A DNA stretch of 60,000 nt, taken from positions 76,448,001 to 76,508,000 of the forward strand of contig NC_058368.1 of NCBI RefSeq assembly GCF_018350175.1. The letters run 5' to 3'. The position numbers were made by a program, and so were the translations under genes. This DNA comes from Felis catus (Eukaryota). Positions 1-13,100 of the stretch are shown here, piece after piece; the stretch's first letter is position 1, and each line of letters begins with the position of its first letter. The notes under the pieces were generated by a model. The model worked only from the letters and a program-made list of their open reading frames with translations. It was not told where the DNA came from and searched no databases.

Positions 1-2314
1 ACTTTTTGAACAACATTGCTGGAAGTAAAGCTTACACTCTCACTCCCACCCAATAAGTATTTAAGAGTATGTTCTGTGCAGGACTGGGTTTCTCTTAATA
101 GAAACAAAACTTTTACGGAGTATTTCTGTATTGTTAATTGGGTCATCTGTTGATCTTTTCAACTAACATTTGCCCACATTAGTTCTTCCCGGTAAGCCAG
201 AATTTCAGAAGAGCCCGTGGCAAGTGGGCGTTGGCATGCACCAACTTACCAGAACCAACTGCACTCATGTCTTTACAACTCTATAGTCACTGATTCTCGT
301 TGGTAGGCTAGACAGGCTGGCAAGGATATTTACCCTACTAATCAGCCTGTGTGCTATATATTGGGGATTGCGGTCTCTGAGAAAACTTGGTTAAACATTT
401 ACAAACATAAAATCGAGAATTGTTCTAATCATCCTCCAAGATTTTGAGCTTTGGGTGGTTCAGATGCAGATAAAAACAAGTTTTGGATTTAAAAAAAAAG
501 GGGGGGGGGCGATCCTGTGAATACATGATACATTTGAGGTGATCTCGGGACATCTTTCAGACATTGGGCTCACAGGTGGAAACAAAGGAGTGAAGCATGG
601 GGAAAACAGGGAAAAGCCAGAGACACCATTTGGGAGCCATCAGTATGTTGGTATCAGTGCAGTCTCAGACGGGCTGAGACTTACGGGAGGGTGTGCGCAA
701 CAGAGAGAGCACTCGCCAGCATCTTGTGAAGCACCTGTTATCGCAGAGCACACAGAATACATTCAGGCTTGCTTTAGAGGAGAGAGAGAAGCCCAAGATG
801 CAAGAGGCGCCAATATAAAGCCACTGGTGCATAGATGAAGCACCAGCAGAGGACAAGAGAAGCTGGTCTCAGTGCTGGGAATCAGGCCTGGAAACCATTC
901 TAATGCGCCTTTAATCCTTGATGGATCCGAGTGCGCAACCTTATTTTCTAGAATGAAAGGGGCTCTTCAAGCAGAATGATGATGTAAAGCATTGTTGCAA
1001 TTTCAGCCTGAAGAACGCATTTATATCAACATGGAATCCAGTCTAATTATCTTTCATCACTTCAGAATCTATTTTAATGTTCTCTAATGTTGGGAATCTG
1101 AAAACAGGTTTTGTTCTTCCCTTCACCCACCTTGGCACAGCCCTGGTTCATTAATCATCACTCATAAACTTGGTGTTTTCTTTTCGATGTAGACCCATTG
1201 GAAGAAAAGGAAGGATAATTAACAATCCTTCCCAATAATGCTTTGCCAGCATTATTGGAATCCCTCTAAAGTGCTACATTGTTCAAATGAGTCAGCTCCA
1301 CCTTTTGGAATTATAGATGCTCTTGATGGGATTTGTTGAGTGAGATTTGTAAATCTCAAGAAAAATTTTACAGCAGTGACAAGTATAAAATATAACGATC
1401 TAAAAAAATAGTAACTTGGAACATACATACTGCTTCCTGTTTTCCAGATATTTATACCTTTTCACCCAAAGCTATAAATCTTGGGCTAATGAATGAGGAT
1501 AAAGATCTACTCCAACTGATTTCTGCAGTCTTCATAGCTCTCCAATACCCCCATTCTGGATTATTGATGTCACAGGAAGTTCCAAGAAGTGTATTAGAAG
1601 CGCGTTTTTTTCTCCTTCTGTGTTTACGTTATTTCCCAAGCTTTCTATGGTGCACATCAGATTTATAATTTTTTTTTAATTAATCTCAAAAAGGGAGAGT
1701 ACTCTTTTTGGTATAGGCTGGAATTTTCATTCATAACCACATTTATATAGGTTTGCTTTGTTTTGTCAAAAATACAGCTAAGAGGAATATTTACATATAA
1801 ATCCCATTAAGAAATGGCGTGTATTCCCTAAAGGACTTGGAGGAGATTTGAAAGTAAGAAATTGTCATTTCATAGGAATTGTTGACAATTTTAAGAGAAT
1901 AGTTAAGTGCAGTATGAATTGGCATAAATACAAACTTTTCATAAATAGAAAGGTCTTCATCAAGACTAGGATAAACCATAGAGCCCCTAAAAACTTGGAG
2001 GATCCCCTATAAGTGTGGACACATAGCCCAAAGTCTCCATTTACATCGCCATCTATGAACAATTTAGAAAGAGCTTTAAATTACTGTCAATTTGTGTGCA
2101 AGTGTGTAAGTTTGGTCTGAATTACATTTAATGTGTGGAACAAGATTATTTTTCTCTTCTATGATTGATCTCTTCTTTTGCTTGGTTCAAAATATATTAC
2201 TCATTTCTGCCGAAAAACCATTCTTCCAGCAACAGATGTTATGTCATAAAGAGACTTATGCATGTTGGTATAAATAACAAAGGTGTTAGCTAGAATTAAA
2301 GGGAGACATTTCCT

Positions 2315-2317
<3 letters not shown>

Positions 2318-2360
<43 letters not shown>
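2318..2360. repeat. (TA)n microsatellite, ~21 units
   Basis: Uninterrupted TA run read directly. Confidence 0.97.
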
Positions 2361-2363
<3 letters not shown>

Positions 2364-3039
2364 CAATGATTACTGAGGGTAAAAATCTACTATAAATAAA
2401 TTTTACATAAACAACGTGTTTAAGGAACATTGGAAAGACTGACTGAGAAAGAAAATGTACCTTCAAATTAATGACTGTTTTGTTCACCCCATATAGAGTT
2501 TACATGACTGTTATACACATACAGATTCTGAGATATTCATTAATCATCAGCTTTGGATTAAATCCCCATTTGAAGAGAGCACATGTGCTTCTGGATGTGA
2601 TTTTTATGAACACCAAGATGCCTTTAACCCATACCCCATGTTTTGAAATCTAGTATTGCTTCCAAAAGCTGCTCTTGGAAAGAAATCCCAAATGGAAATT
2701 GTCTTGCCTTCTCCCCCTGGTCAGCTACTCGGGACAAGCTCTGGTCACCCTGATGACACCAGATCACCGTGTCTCATGCAGTGAGGTATTCCCTGCTCAC
2801 TCAAGCAGCTGTGGGCAACTCAGCCTTTCCAACAGCCGTGGGACCTCTGGCTCTAGAAGAATGATGCTCCTATCAATCCAGGATTCTGGAAAAAGCATAG
2901 AAGAACACTCTTGCTCATTCCTTACAGGTCCCCTTTCCAGGGTCTGCCCCCCCACCAGCTCTTGGGGGGGGGGGTGGGTAGCATAGGCAGGTACAGCAAT
3001 TTAAAAACAAAACCAATCTGTGAGCTCTACAAATAGTAC

Positions 3040-3220
3040 GGTTCAAATCCAATCTCTTCCACACAGATGTGGGACCTTGAACAAGTCACCCTGCTTGCTT
3101 GTGCTTCACTTTCTCCTCTAATAAATTAGGAATGATAATACCTGCCCCACAAGGTAGTGTGGAGTCCTTCATGCATGAAAACTATAAAGGGCTTGGAAAA
3201 GTGTCCAGTACAAAGTATTT
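3040..3220 (+). mobile_element. MIR SINE relic
   Basis: Degenerate MIR core: tgtgggaccttgaacaagtcac...cttcactttctcctctaataaattaggaatgataatacctgcc. Confidence 0.65.
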
Positions 3221-4805
3221 AAGGCAAAAAATAAAAGTGAGACTCCATTGAGCCGACAGTGTGTTCATGTATGTTCCTTAGTTTCCTAGACACATAAGGA
3301 TAGGTAAGAAATCTGAGGCCAAAGAGGTTAACGAGATGGTCAGACAAAAGTTAACCGTCTACATGAAGAGTTTTCCACAGCCCTCATTCAATAAAACGTA
3401 ATGTTAAGAACAACTCCCAAGCTACTAGTTAAAATATTCACCAGGGTCACTGTATGCCCTTCTACCTTACTCCAAAATGGATTTGGGAGGCTGATAAAAA
3501 GAACAAACAAAAGTAAATAAAGAGGGAAATGTTGGCCATCTTTCAGAACTAAATGACCATAGGTCAGGGATTCTCACTATCGTGCAGGTCATAGATGACT
3601 GACAATTCTGACAATCTTGTGATCTTACCTTCAGAAACATGCACATGTCAAAATCTTTCACAAGTGTTCAAATGTCTCACAGACGCTGAAACCCATCCTA
3701 GGAGTTCAGGACCAGTCTGGTCTATTAACTCCTTTCAAGTCCTATCTAATTACCAAGAAACAGAAGAGAAACTATTAAAGAGAAATACCATTAATGGGAT
3801 TTTTCACTGTGGGAGTAATGTAACTGCTCTCAAACTGGGCTACTCTAAGCAAGCACGGGTAAGGCAGGCATTCGTTAACAATTAGAACAAAGGAGAAAAT
3901 TGATACTTCACTTGGTGTACAGCCATCCGTTTTGAGCAAAGTTAAGAGTGCACGTGGATAGGAGGGTATACATGAGTATCTATTGATCCACACGTATATA
4001 TCTGATTCAGAAAAGAGCATAATTGGAGGAAGTCTTAAACCTATGTTATACATGAAACAGGTAAAGCAATTAAAAATTATATTCTTGGAGAGAAGATGGA
4101 GGAGGTAAAGGGCATTAAAAAACAACAACAACAAAGTAACAAATGTGAACGAGGGATCACATTTCTTCTCCTTTCTCCCTGATTGTTTAAACCAACAGGT
4201 AAAGGCAGAGGGTGAGAGCATCCAGTGGAAAGATGTCACTATGGTGGCAGAAAAGAGAGCTGTGCCCAGAGAAAAGCTCTCTGGAATTAGAGGAGTCTGT
4301 TCCAAAGCCAGATACTCAATTGTTGGACATTTATAAACAAAGTCAGGGAAACTTAGTGTATCACCATTCGGGCCCCCAGCCAGTCTGTGTGACACCCAAA
4401 GACCATGTCTTGCTCCTCTCTAATCTCTGTAACCAACACTGTGCCCAGTGAACAAGAAATGTACTGTGCCTTCTTGAAAGAACAAAGATTGGCTAGACGG
4501 CTGGATGGATGGAGTTTATGGTGATAATAAGGTAATAAAATATACACCATTGCTCATATTTAAGTCCTATTATTTACCAGGAATATCATACATAAGACAC
4601 ACCATTAGTAAAAATGATTACACAGAAGACAATATGTTGTCTGAGAAAATGGTTTTTGAGGAACAGGGTCAAGTAGGCTTCTCTCTGTATAGATTATAAA
4701 ATTCTCTCATGTTTCTGTATTGTACAATTATAGGCTTGCCTTTAGACCAGGATATGCTTGATTTTACTTGTGGAAGTACTTAAATGCATTAAGGCCCTCT
4801 GAAAA

Positions 4806-4829
4806 GTGTGTGTGTATGTGTGTGTGTGT

Positions 4830-4861
<32 letters not shown>

Positions 4862-4871
4862 ACACACACAC
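4806..4871. repeat. Imperfect (GT)n microsatellite abutting (AC)5
   Basis: ~28 GT units with two AT interruptions, followed by acacacacac. Confidence 0.95.
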
Positions 4872-5373
4872 TGTATATGTATCTATAGATTATCTATGTG
4901 GTATCCATCATTGATCTACACATATAGAGAATACAGATACAATCTATAGAGATCCACAGATCTATAGAGAACGAACACGCACGCTTAATGTGAATTTATC
5001 ATTGATGAAACCCTGAAATAAAGGCAAGCCGATAATCGCTTTGATAGAACAGTGTTATATTGTTTTATATACACACCTGCCAATATGCATAAAGCAGCAG
5101 CAAAAACAAAATTGTGTTATCAGTTCAGAAGTGGTTCAGATATTCCTGTATTATTGCGTTTCCGTGAAACAAATTTCAGATACTTTATAATATATTGATA
5201 TTCCCAGACTGTCCATTTCAGGAAAGTTAAGGACATCTTAGCTTGTGTCCGGAAGGCTAGAGTTAATGAAAATAGTGAAATGCAATTCCACTGGCTTAAT
5301 TTCACTCATCTCGTGAAACCGTGAAAGAGCGAAAGCTATCCCCACTCTCAGAGTAGGAGAGAACAGACCAGCT

Positions 5374-5728
5374 GCCCCACTCCACATTCCCATGTTGAAA
5401 TCTTAACCCCGAAGGTGACAATGTATTTGGCGTGGGGCCTTCCAGAGATGATTGGGTCATGGGGGTGGAACCCTTATAAATGGCATCAGTGCCTTTATTG
5501 AAGAGACCTCAGAGAGCTCTCTCACCCCCTCCCTACTTCCCCCATGCAGAGACACAGAGAGAAGACAGCTGTCTAAAAACCAAGAAGTGGGTCCTCACCA
5601 GACATTGAATCTATAGGCACCTTTTTCTTGGACTTCCAGCCTCCAGAGCCATGAGAAATGAAGGTCTGTGGTCCACAAGCCACACAGTCTATGGTGTTCT
5701 GCCTTAGGAGTCTCAACACACTAAGACC
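5374..5728 (+). mobile_element. MaLR solo LTR (MLT1A-like)
   Basis: MLT1 motifs: atgttgaaatcttaacccc...tcaccagacattgaatctataggcacc...ttggacttccagcctccagagccatgagaaa...ctaagac. Confidence 0.8.
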
Positions 5729-6030
5729 TGTCTACAGAAGACACAACGAGGAAGGCTTCCTCTGGTGATTGTTTCTGGGGAGATAGGTGGGCAGCTCACT
5801 GGGGATGGCTCCAGTGGTAGCATCCTCACCTGCTATTTTCGTCCTGATTTTTCTGTGTTTTCCCCCTCTAACGTTTACTTTCAAAAGTAGAAAAATAAAC
5901 GTCTGCTATTACTTTTAAATCGAAGGCTAGTTTTGAAAAAAAAAATCCAAAAATTTAAGATATTGGTGGCAAAGACTGCCCTGGACATTCAATTCTGCGT
6001 GCAAACACTGCTATTTAAAATGCCTAAACA

Positions 6031-6259
6031 GGACGCGTGGGTGGCTCAGTTGGTTAAGCGTCCGACTTCAGCTCAGGTCACGATCTCACGGTCCGTGAGT
6101 TCGAGCCCCGCGTCGGTCTCTGGGCTGATGGCTCAGAGCCTGGAGCCTGCTTCGGATTCTGTGTCTCCCTCTCTCTCTGCCCCTCCCCCGTTCATGCTCT
6201 GTCTCTCTCTGTCTCAAAAATAAAAAAACGTTAAAAAATGTTTTTTAAATAAATAAAAT
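6031..6259 (+). mobile_element. Can-SINE (SINEC_Fc family), full length
   Basis: tRNA-like head with A/B boxes, CT-rich body, A tail; TSD AAAATGCCTAAACA at 6017-6030 and 6260-6273. Confidence 0.96.
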
Positions 6260-6518
6260 AAAATGCCTAAACACACCCCTGAGACAGGTAAAGGCCCATG
6301 TTAAGAAAGGTGTTTCTACAGGATTATGGTTCCAGAAGTTGTCAAGATGGATTTCACGGTCTCTTCATAGTCATAATGTTCAATACGTATGACAAGGCTA
6401 CTGACTATTCAGACAGACTCCTGATGAATCAGCATGAACATAAGCTATAAATGCCCCATAGAATTACATGATGCAACCCAATGCACCACTGGCTGTTCCT
6501 AGCTCATTGCTGGATCAG

Positions 6519-6852
6519 CCAGTTCTCAGCTCTGCTGCACATTCAACTCACATGGGGACTTGGGGACATAACGTGCCCATGTAGGCTCATCCGTTGTAAC
6601 AAACATCCCACTCCGGTGCAGGGGATGTTGATAGTTGAGGAGGCTATGCTTGTATAGGAGTAAGGGATGAATGAGAACTCTGTACTTTCTGCTTAATTTT
6701 TCTATGAACCTAAAGCAGCTTAAAATATTAGGGAAAAAAAAGTGACGAATGTCTGATTCCCATCTCCATTATGATTTAATATTGGTTATGACATGGTGTG
6801 GGATTTGAGAGTGCCCAAGTGATTCTAAAATGCAGCAAAATCTGGGAACTCT
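6519..6852. mobile_element. MER5-like hAT-Charlie fossil split by an L1 3' fragment
   Basis: Left end cagttctcagctctgctgcacatt; right end caagtgattctaaaatgcagcaaaatctgggaac. Confidence 0.55.
6572..6740 (+). mobile_element. L1MC-like 3' end fragment nested in the MER5-like element
   Basis: atgtaggctcatccgttgtaacaaac...gatgttgatagttgaggaggctatgc...gaactctgtactttctgcttaatttttctatgaacctaaa resembles old L1M 3' UTR. Confidence 0.7.
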
Positions 6853-7820
6853 ATGCTGGCTGATTGGTGTTTAAGTCACTAAACTTCTCAACTTCAGGGA
6901 GATTCCAGGGATCAGAATGCTTAACTGATTTCATGATTTAAAGAACATGAGTATTGACCTAAATATGTGAATTTGTAGCAATATTCAAATACCACCTTCA
7001 AATTTTAAGGTGGTACACTACTGAAGTATGAGCTTATTTCAGATTCTTAAGCATCAATTGATTTCATCACTAAGTAAACCCCCAGTCCCTCTCCTCTCTC
7101 CGTTCTACTTTCTGTTCTCACAAAGTTCATAAAAATGGAACGTTTCTTTTATAAGTGTCTTATCATTCAGTGTGTTCAGTTAAGGGTCTGGTGCAGAAAG
7201 TTTCTTCATTGGTTGAGATATTGAACTTTTAAGCTTCCTAAAAATGCTCCAAATGTAAGACAGACTTTTATTTTTTCCTTACTAACACCTGAAGTTTAAA
7301 AATTCAAACTGGCAAACCAGAAAGTAAAAATAAGACATTGATAAAAAGCAAATGAAAAGTTTTAAGTGTGCTACATGACACAGAAATCTACGGATAAGTA
7401 CAGTTAGGGGAATGCATGGAGTTGAAGGAAATATAGGTAAAAATTGGAGGAATTCTTGTCTTTTAAGAAAAATAGACATAATGACTTCCATGGTGGGGTG
7501 GTTTACCAAAGTAGAATTTGGTAGATCTATACTCTATTGATACATCACCTAAAAATAGCAAATGTCATCAAGACTGAAATATTGTAGCAAATGGAGAATT
7601 GCTTCTTAAAAAGTTATTCAAAACCTCACATTGTCTACTGTGATCAGACTCAGCAGATGCCCAACAATATTTGCTGAAGATTTAAGGATTACAACATAAT
7701 GACTTCAGATAGAACAATGTTAAATATTAGCAGAAAATAAAGTGAATCTACCTAATAGTATTTTTTTTTCTGATCCTGACGATACAGGGTAGGAAATTTC
7801 CATTTAAAATAGCAGTGTTT

Positions 7821-7930
7821 GGGGTGCCTGGCTGGCGCATTCAGTAGAGCATACGACTCTTGATTTCGGGGTTATAAGTTCAAGCCCCACATTGGGTGTA
7901 GAGATTACTTAAAAATAAAACCTTTAAAAA
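7821..7930 (+). mobile_element. Short old Can-SINE (tRNA-Lys-derived head, no CT tract)
   Basis: ggggtgcctggctggcgcattcagtagagcatacgactcttgat...gttcaagccccacattgggtgtagagattacttaaaaataaaa. Confidence 0.85.
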
Positions 7931-8868
7931 CAATTACCTAGAGTGCGAGTTTGTTTCTATGGTCATTTTTGGAGGTTTCATTCATTTACAGTTTTTATCC
8001 TCAAAGCGTGTTGTACGTGGACACCACAGATAAGAAACGAATAACGGGTGATCTGAGTACAATACAAAACTGTCAAAAGGTTCAGCATGAATAGTTGAAG
8101 TGGGGGTTGTTTCACAGGCCTCAGGGGTCGGGATGGTTAATCCACAATGCTGGCCAATTCAACGTTCAATAACGCACGATAAATGAACCAATATTCTTCC
8201 CATATTAATATTCCCACCTGTGCATTATTAATAGAGAGTCTAAATTCGAGGTACAGAAATGTTCAAGGACGCTGGCATGTTACATTGGATGTGAAATAGC
8301 CCAACCACAATTTCCAAACATGGTGTATCATCGTCTCTAGTTTGTGAGCTATCCTCTGCCCCCACAGCCCCTATGCTGCTTTACTTGGTTGTTATGAATA
8401 CTCTTCCTTTTTGCTTCCCCTTCCTTCACATTTGTGCGTAGTCCCTCCCCTGCATGCCTACACCCACCATTTGTAACTTAGAGATAAATATCAAGAACTG
8501 TGGCATGTAGACTTTTCATGTCCTCCCTCGTACAAGGAAGTGGTCAATGGAATTGACTAATATCTGTACTTTCATGGACCTTTGCAATCCTGAAAGAATG
8601 CATTAAAAAAAAATTCAGAGGAGTTCTGTGATTGCTGAGGATGAAAGAAACATTTAATTTAGCAGAAAGGGATGCTTCTCATTATTCTGATTCTTGGCTC
8701 TTATGGATCATACTTCAGAGAAAAAGAAGCCATACTTTGGTCGAGTGGGTGTTGTTCTATTCTCCCAAGTTGCCCTCAGTGTTCATTCATTTTCTACAAG
8801 CAATGCCACCTCATTGTTCTTTCTATCCTTGTAAATGTGATAAAGCCAAAGTGAAACATTCTTTTAGA

Positions 8869-9216
8869 CAAGATTTGGCAAACTAAGCAAACTATGGCCT
8901 GAGGACCAAAACGGGGCATCCACCTGTCTCTGTATGGCCCACAAGCTAAGGATGTCTTCCACAGATGCACATTTGTGACTGATTTGATGAAAGAATATGA
9001 ACGCAAGCTAATTAAAAAAAAGGAATTCTCATAAGCACATCTGTGTTATGTTATATTCGAATTTAATGTATTTTGAATTTAATAAGAAATCTGTACAATT
9101 ATGTTTCCTTCCATGGTATTTAAGTGCTTACATCATATCCTTAATTTTATCCTTGGTCAACAATGCCTAAACTGCGTCCCATCTGACCCATTACAGGAAG
9201 AGTTTGTGGACCCAGG
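8869..9216 (+). mobile_element. MER58B-like hAT-Charlie MITE
   Basis: TIR-like ends caagatttggcaaact and agtttgtggacccagg; internal tgtatggcccacaagctaagg; ~345 bp; TTTAGA on both flanks. Confidence 0.8.
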
Positions 9217-9499
9217 ATTTAGATCGCCAGTATTTTTTTTTTTCAAAAGGACACACTACTAATCCAACAGATCAAGCTTGACAAAGTAGATGGAGAAAAC
9301 GGTCGCTCCCGGCAGCTGCCCCCCTGAAAATCCACATCAGTCCTTTCTCCTCCTTCTCTCCTTCCAAACAGAATCTCAGGCTGGTGTCGTGCTACAGCCT
9401 GCCACATCTCAGGTAATAAATCTACTTTTTTGGTCACAGTAACTCCCTCATTCCCTTAATTAAAATCTCTCCTCCCTTAGAATTGTCCAGATTTCAAAC

Positions 9500-9700
9500 T
9501 CCACCCAGGTGGGTGCTCATTTGCCCTCCCCTCGCCAGGCCGGAATCAGGGTATGGTCACCCTCCCCTAGCCCACCCCCCAATTGCTGGCTGGTTCCCAA
9601 CCCTCCAGGGTTGGGCGGGCCTGCGGGTGGGAAGAAAAAGGGAGGGGAAGCCTCTATTTAATGAGCCTTGGCGAAAGGTAGCATAGCTTCCACGGACCCT
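9500..9700 (+). promoter_or_regulatory. Possible Pol II promoter/enhancer-like island
   Basis: CACCC boxes, CCAAT (9579-9583), GC box GGGCGG (9613-9618) and TATA-like TATTTAA (9655-9661) in canonical order; motif evidence only. Confidence 0.25.
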
Positions 9701-9991
9701 GGCAGATGTTAACTTTCTTAAAGGCATGGTGTTAGCATCTGGTGATCTTGACTTCCAGTCTGGAGACATTCCTCCGACCTTTTCTTGCCCCATTTGGCTT
9801 TAGGAGAAGGAAAAGGGCGATTGATAAAGACTGCTGACCCATTAAGAATTTGATGACTGGTGCTTCAACTGGTCATAATTCGTCACAGATAGAAGTTAAG
9901 TCTCAAACTCTGCATCCATGCAGGTGAGGGCCCCCCCACACACACACCTCCATTGCTTGAAGATATTTGAGCAGCATCTTCTAAATTTAAA

Positions 9992-10196
9992 ATTTTTTTA
10001 ATGTTTATTTACTTTTGAGAGGCTTTGTGAGCAGGGGATGGGCAAAGAGAGAGGGGGATAGAGGATCCAAACCAGGCTCCCAGATGACAGCAGCAAACCC
10101 TACGGGGGGGGGGGGGGGGGGAGGGTCAAACCCATGAACAATGAGACCATGACCTGAGCTAAAGTTGGACACTCAACCAGCTGAGCCACCCAGGTG
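9992..10196 (-). mobile_element. Diverged Can-SINE containing a poly-G expansion
   Basis: T-rich tail, GA body, head ...ctgagccacccaggtg; CTAAATTT on both flanks (9981, 10203). Confidence 0.88.
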
Positions 10197-13100
10197 TGGC
10201 TGCTAAATTTTAACACTTCTAAATTTAGAAGAGAGAGATGGGAGAATGAGAGATTGGGATACATAATTCTTGATAGAATCATGGGGGGATGATGAAAAAT
10301 GCAACTGATCTTATTATTTCCCGGTACAATGATTGGGTAATCATTTCAACATTTCAACTATTCCAACATTTACACACAAAACAACTCTGCCAACATGTTT
10401 ATCCAACTCAGCTTCACAAATGCAATTCTAAATGGCTTCAGATTACCTGCTCTGTCCTCTTAGCAGTGACAAATTATGCAGTGTTCCTATGAGCTACAGG
10501 CATTCTGTAATACCTCCAAGCAATTTCTTATAATGTTATTTTTAGGTCATCACTGAATCAGTTTCTTGTTTTTGTTCTACCACTTGGAGAATTCTAATCT
10601 TTTTTGCTACAAAAAAAGAAAGCCTTGCTGATTTCCTAGTAATTTTCCTCAAAGGTATCTCCCTAGGTTATGTTCTACAGAGGATTACTATGTATATTTT
10701 TTAATTTTATACTTATATTTTAGGTTAAAACTATAACTTGAAAAAGGCAGCTGAAATAAAGAAAAAAGTAATTATTTTCCCCAAGAAGTGAGTCATTTAA
10801 AGAGGAAGAAGTTAACTGTACTGATTTCAGTTCTTAACTATGCTTGTGGCTGAATATTTCCATTCTAGCCTGCATAGCATGGGTAAAGAATAATCTTAAA
10901 ACTTTCCTTAATCAATTCCTCTTCTTTCCATTCATGGTCATGTACTTCCATGTTTCGAGAAGAGGGAGGGAGGAAACCTACAACAGGTAGACTCTCCTGT
11001 ACCAGAGAGGCTGTCATAGCCAACGGAACCACAAGGAAACCTAACTGCTCTACGGAAAACCCAACTTTGAAGAGACCACTCAGATCACAAGAAACAAGCG
11101 AATGTAACCTTTCCCCCACTGTTTTGCATGAACATCTAAACGTCCAGCTTGAATATCCACCTCTCATTATTATTGGTAGTCAGTGCCACTGATAGGATTA
11201 GAGTTTGCTGGATAGCATTGTGAGAGAATTCAAATATAAGGGATTTAGTGAATGAAGATTTCGAGTGTGGACATGTAACGAGTATATCTGGAGAACAAGT
11301 ATTACTCAAGGCCTATCATCTTTAAAGCACTGGCTTTATCCCACTACGCTTCTGTACCACCTTACAACACAGACCGCTATGTAGAGTCTGGATTGGACAA
11401 CACTAGAAGATAAGGTTGCGTCGGCAAGGGGGGCATATAATGATGGAAGACTTTGCACTTGACATGGTGAACTTTCAGATTCTCCCTAGATTCTTGGAAG
11501 GGGGTTACGTCTAGAGCATCTATTCTCAGAAGTGATCAAATAAACTGAATTTTCAAATTCAGAAAGTAGAAATTGGTTCACAGAATTAAATAGGTTTTTT
11601 CCTCAGAAAATATAGTATCATATTGCTTCTTTAAAAATGACATTAAAAAAAAAAAACGGGAAAATGAAGTATTGTAATCCCCCTAATTCTTAGCCCTGAG
11701 AGGAAAGAGTTGTTCATCGACTCTACAAAAAGACCCAGCCTTGTGATATTTTTTTGTGTGCCACAAAACGGTCAGGAGAGTGAGTTATGAATAAGAGCCG
11801 GTGAGATATTCATTAGACACTGAAGATTTCTTCCTTTTGATATATATCCTCAGTCCCATAAAAGGTATTCATTCTCAAGCATTGCTAGAGGGAATGCAAA
11901 AATGGTACAATACCTACCCATGGAGAAAGATCTAGAATTATGAACACACCCATTGATTCAATTGTCACACTTTTAAACCCTCTCCTATAGTTACAGTTGC
12001 AGGTAAAAGTCAGAACATACAGGTCTAGCAACAAGGAATTTGCTACATAAGCTATGGTAAAGCCACACAATAGAATTCAGCTTTGTGAAAAAGAGGGTAT
12101 ACTTCTCCTTCCAGCCATGATGAAATACAAATGGGATTTACTCTACCATCTAAAACAAAAATGAAAATATATAGAACAGTCAGCAAGACAGTGGCTATCA
12201 GTTCATAAAGAATAATGATCTCTGAGAGTCAGGAAACGAGTAAGTTCGACAATTGCTTTAGCTTATTGGCTTGATCAGCACATGCAGGCCCGGAAACTGC
12301 CTGAGAGGGAGGAAAGAGCCACAGGAGGGGATTATTAACAACAGTGCCCAGCACAGACATAGGTCCAGGAATTATGCCTGTTCCCACCATCAGACTGGTA
12401 AACCTCAAGATTTACAAGCATTGAGGAAAATACACAGACGGGCATTGTCTCAGCAATGGAGAAAACTTAGCCTCAAACTAAGCATTGTTCTGGACTTAAA
12501 TATTAAAAGCCATATTCATCACCCGCTAAGATCAAATTTACAATGTCTGGCATCCAAACAAATCACCAATGAAAGAGACAGGAAAAATGACTTATGGTAA
12601 AAATCAATTAAAATGTTCTAAAATTGATATTGGTGTTAGAATTGCCAGAGAAGGGCATTAAAAGAGATTACAAATATATTCCATATATTTAAAAATGAAG
12701 TAGAGACATGGGAAGCATTTTTTTTTTATGATCCAGCTCAAACTTCTAGAGAATGCCTGAGATTAAAAAATAAAAAATAGCCAAAACACTGGATATTAAT
12801 AGCTGATTGGATATTGCACAGAAAAAGATTTGTGAACTTAAATATACAGCAATAAAAACTATCCAAAATGAAAACAGATAAAAACAACAGAGCATCAAGG
12901 GCCTGTGGAACAACTTCAAGTGCTTTAATATGTGTATTTGTAGTCCCTATAGGAGACAAGATTGGGAGAGGTCAAAGACAAAAAAAAAAAAAAAAAGTTT
13001 GAACAAATAATGGCCGTAACATTCCTAAATTTGATGAAAATTATCAACCTGCATATCCAAGAAATCCAACAAACCCTAAACAGAGAAACACGGAGAAAAC

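Noticed and set aside
3775..4395. 206-aa minus-strand ORF
   Set aside because: Non-ATG start, no recognisable domain, composition typical of the antisense of A-rich non-coding DNA
6031..6110. tRNA-like A/B boxes in SINE heads, here and in the other copies
   Set aside because: They are tRNA-derived SINE promoters followed by SINE bodies and tails, not tRNA genes
6990..7015. Short stems such as TACCACCTT/AAGGTGGTA (also at 661, 16846 and 30297)
   Set aside because: 8-9 bp stems are expected by chance in 60 kb; too short for a pre-miRNA, and intrinsic terminators are irrelevant in this context
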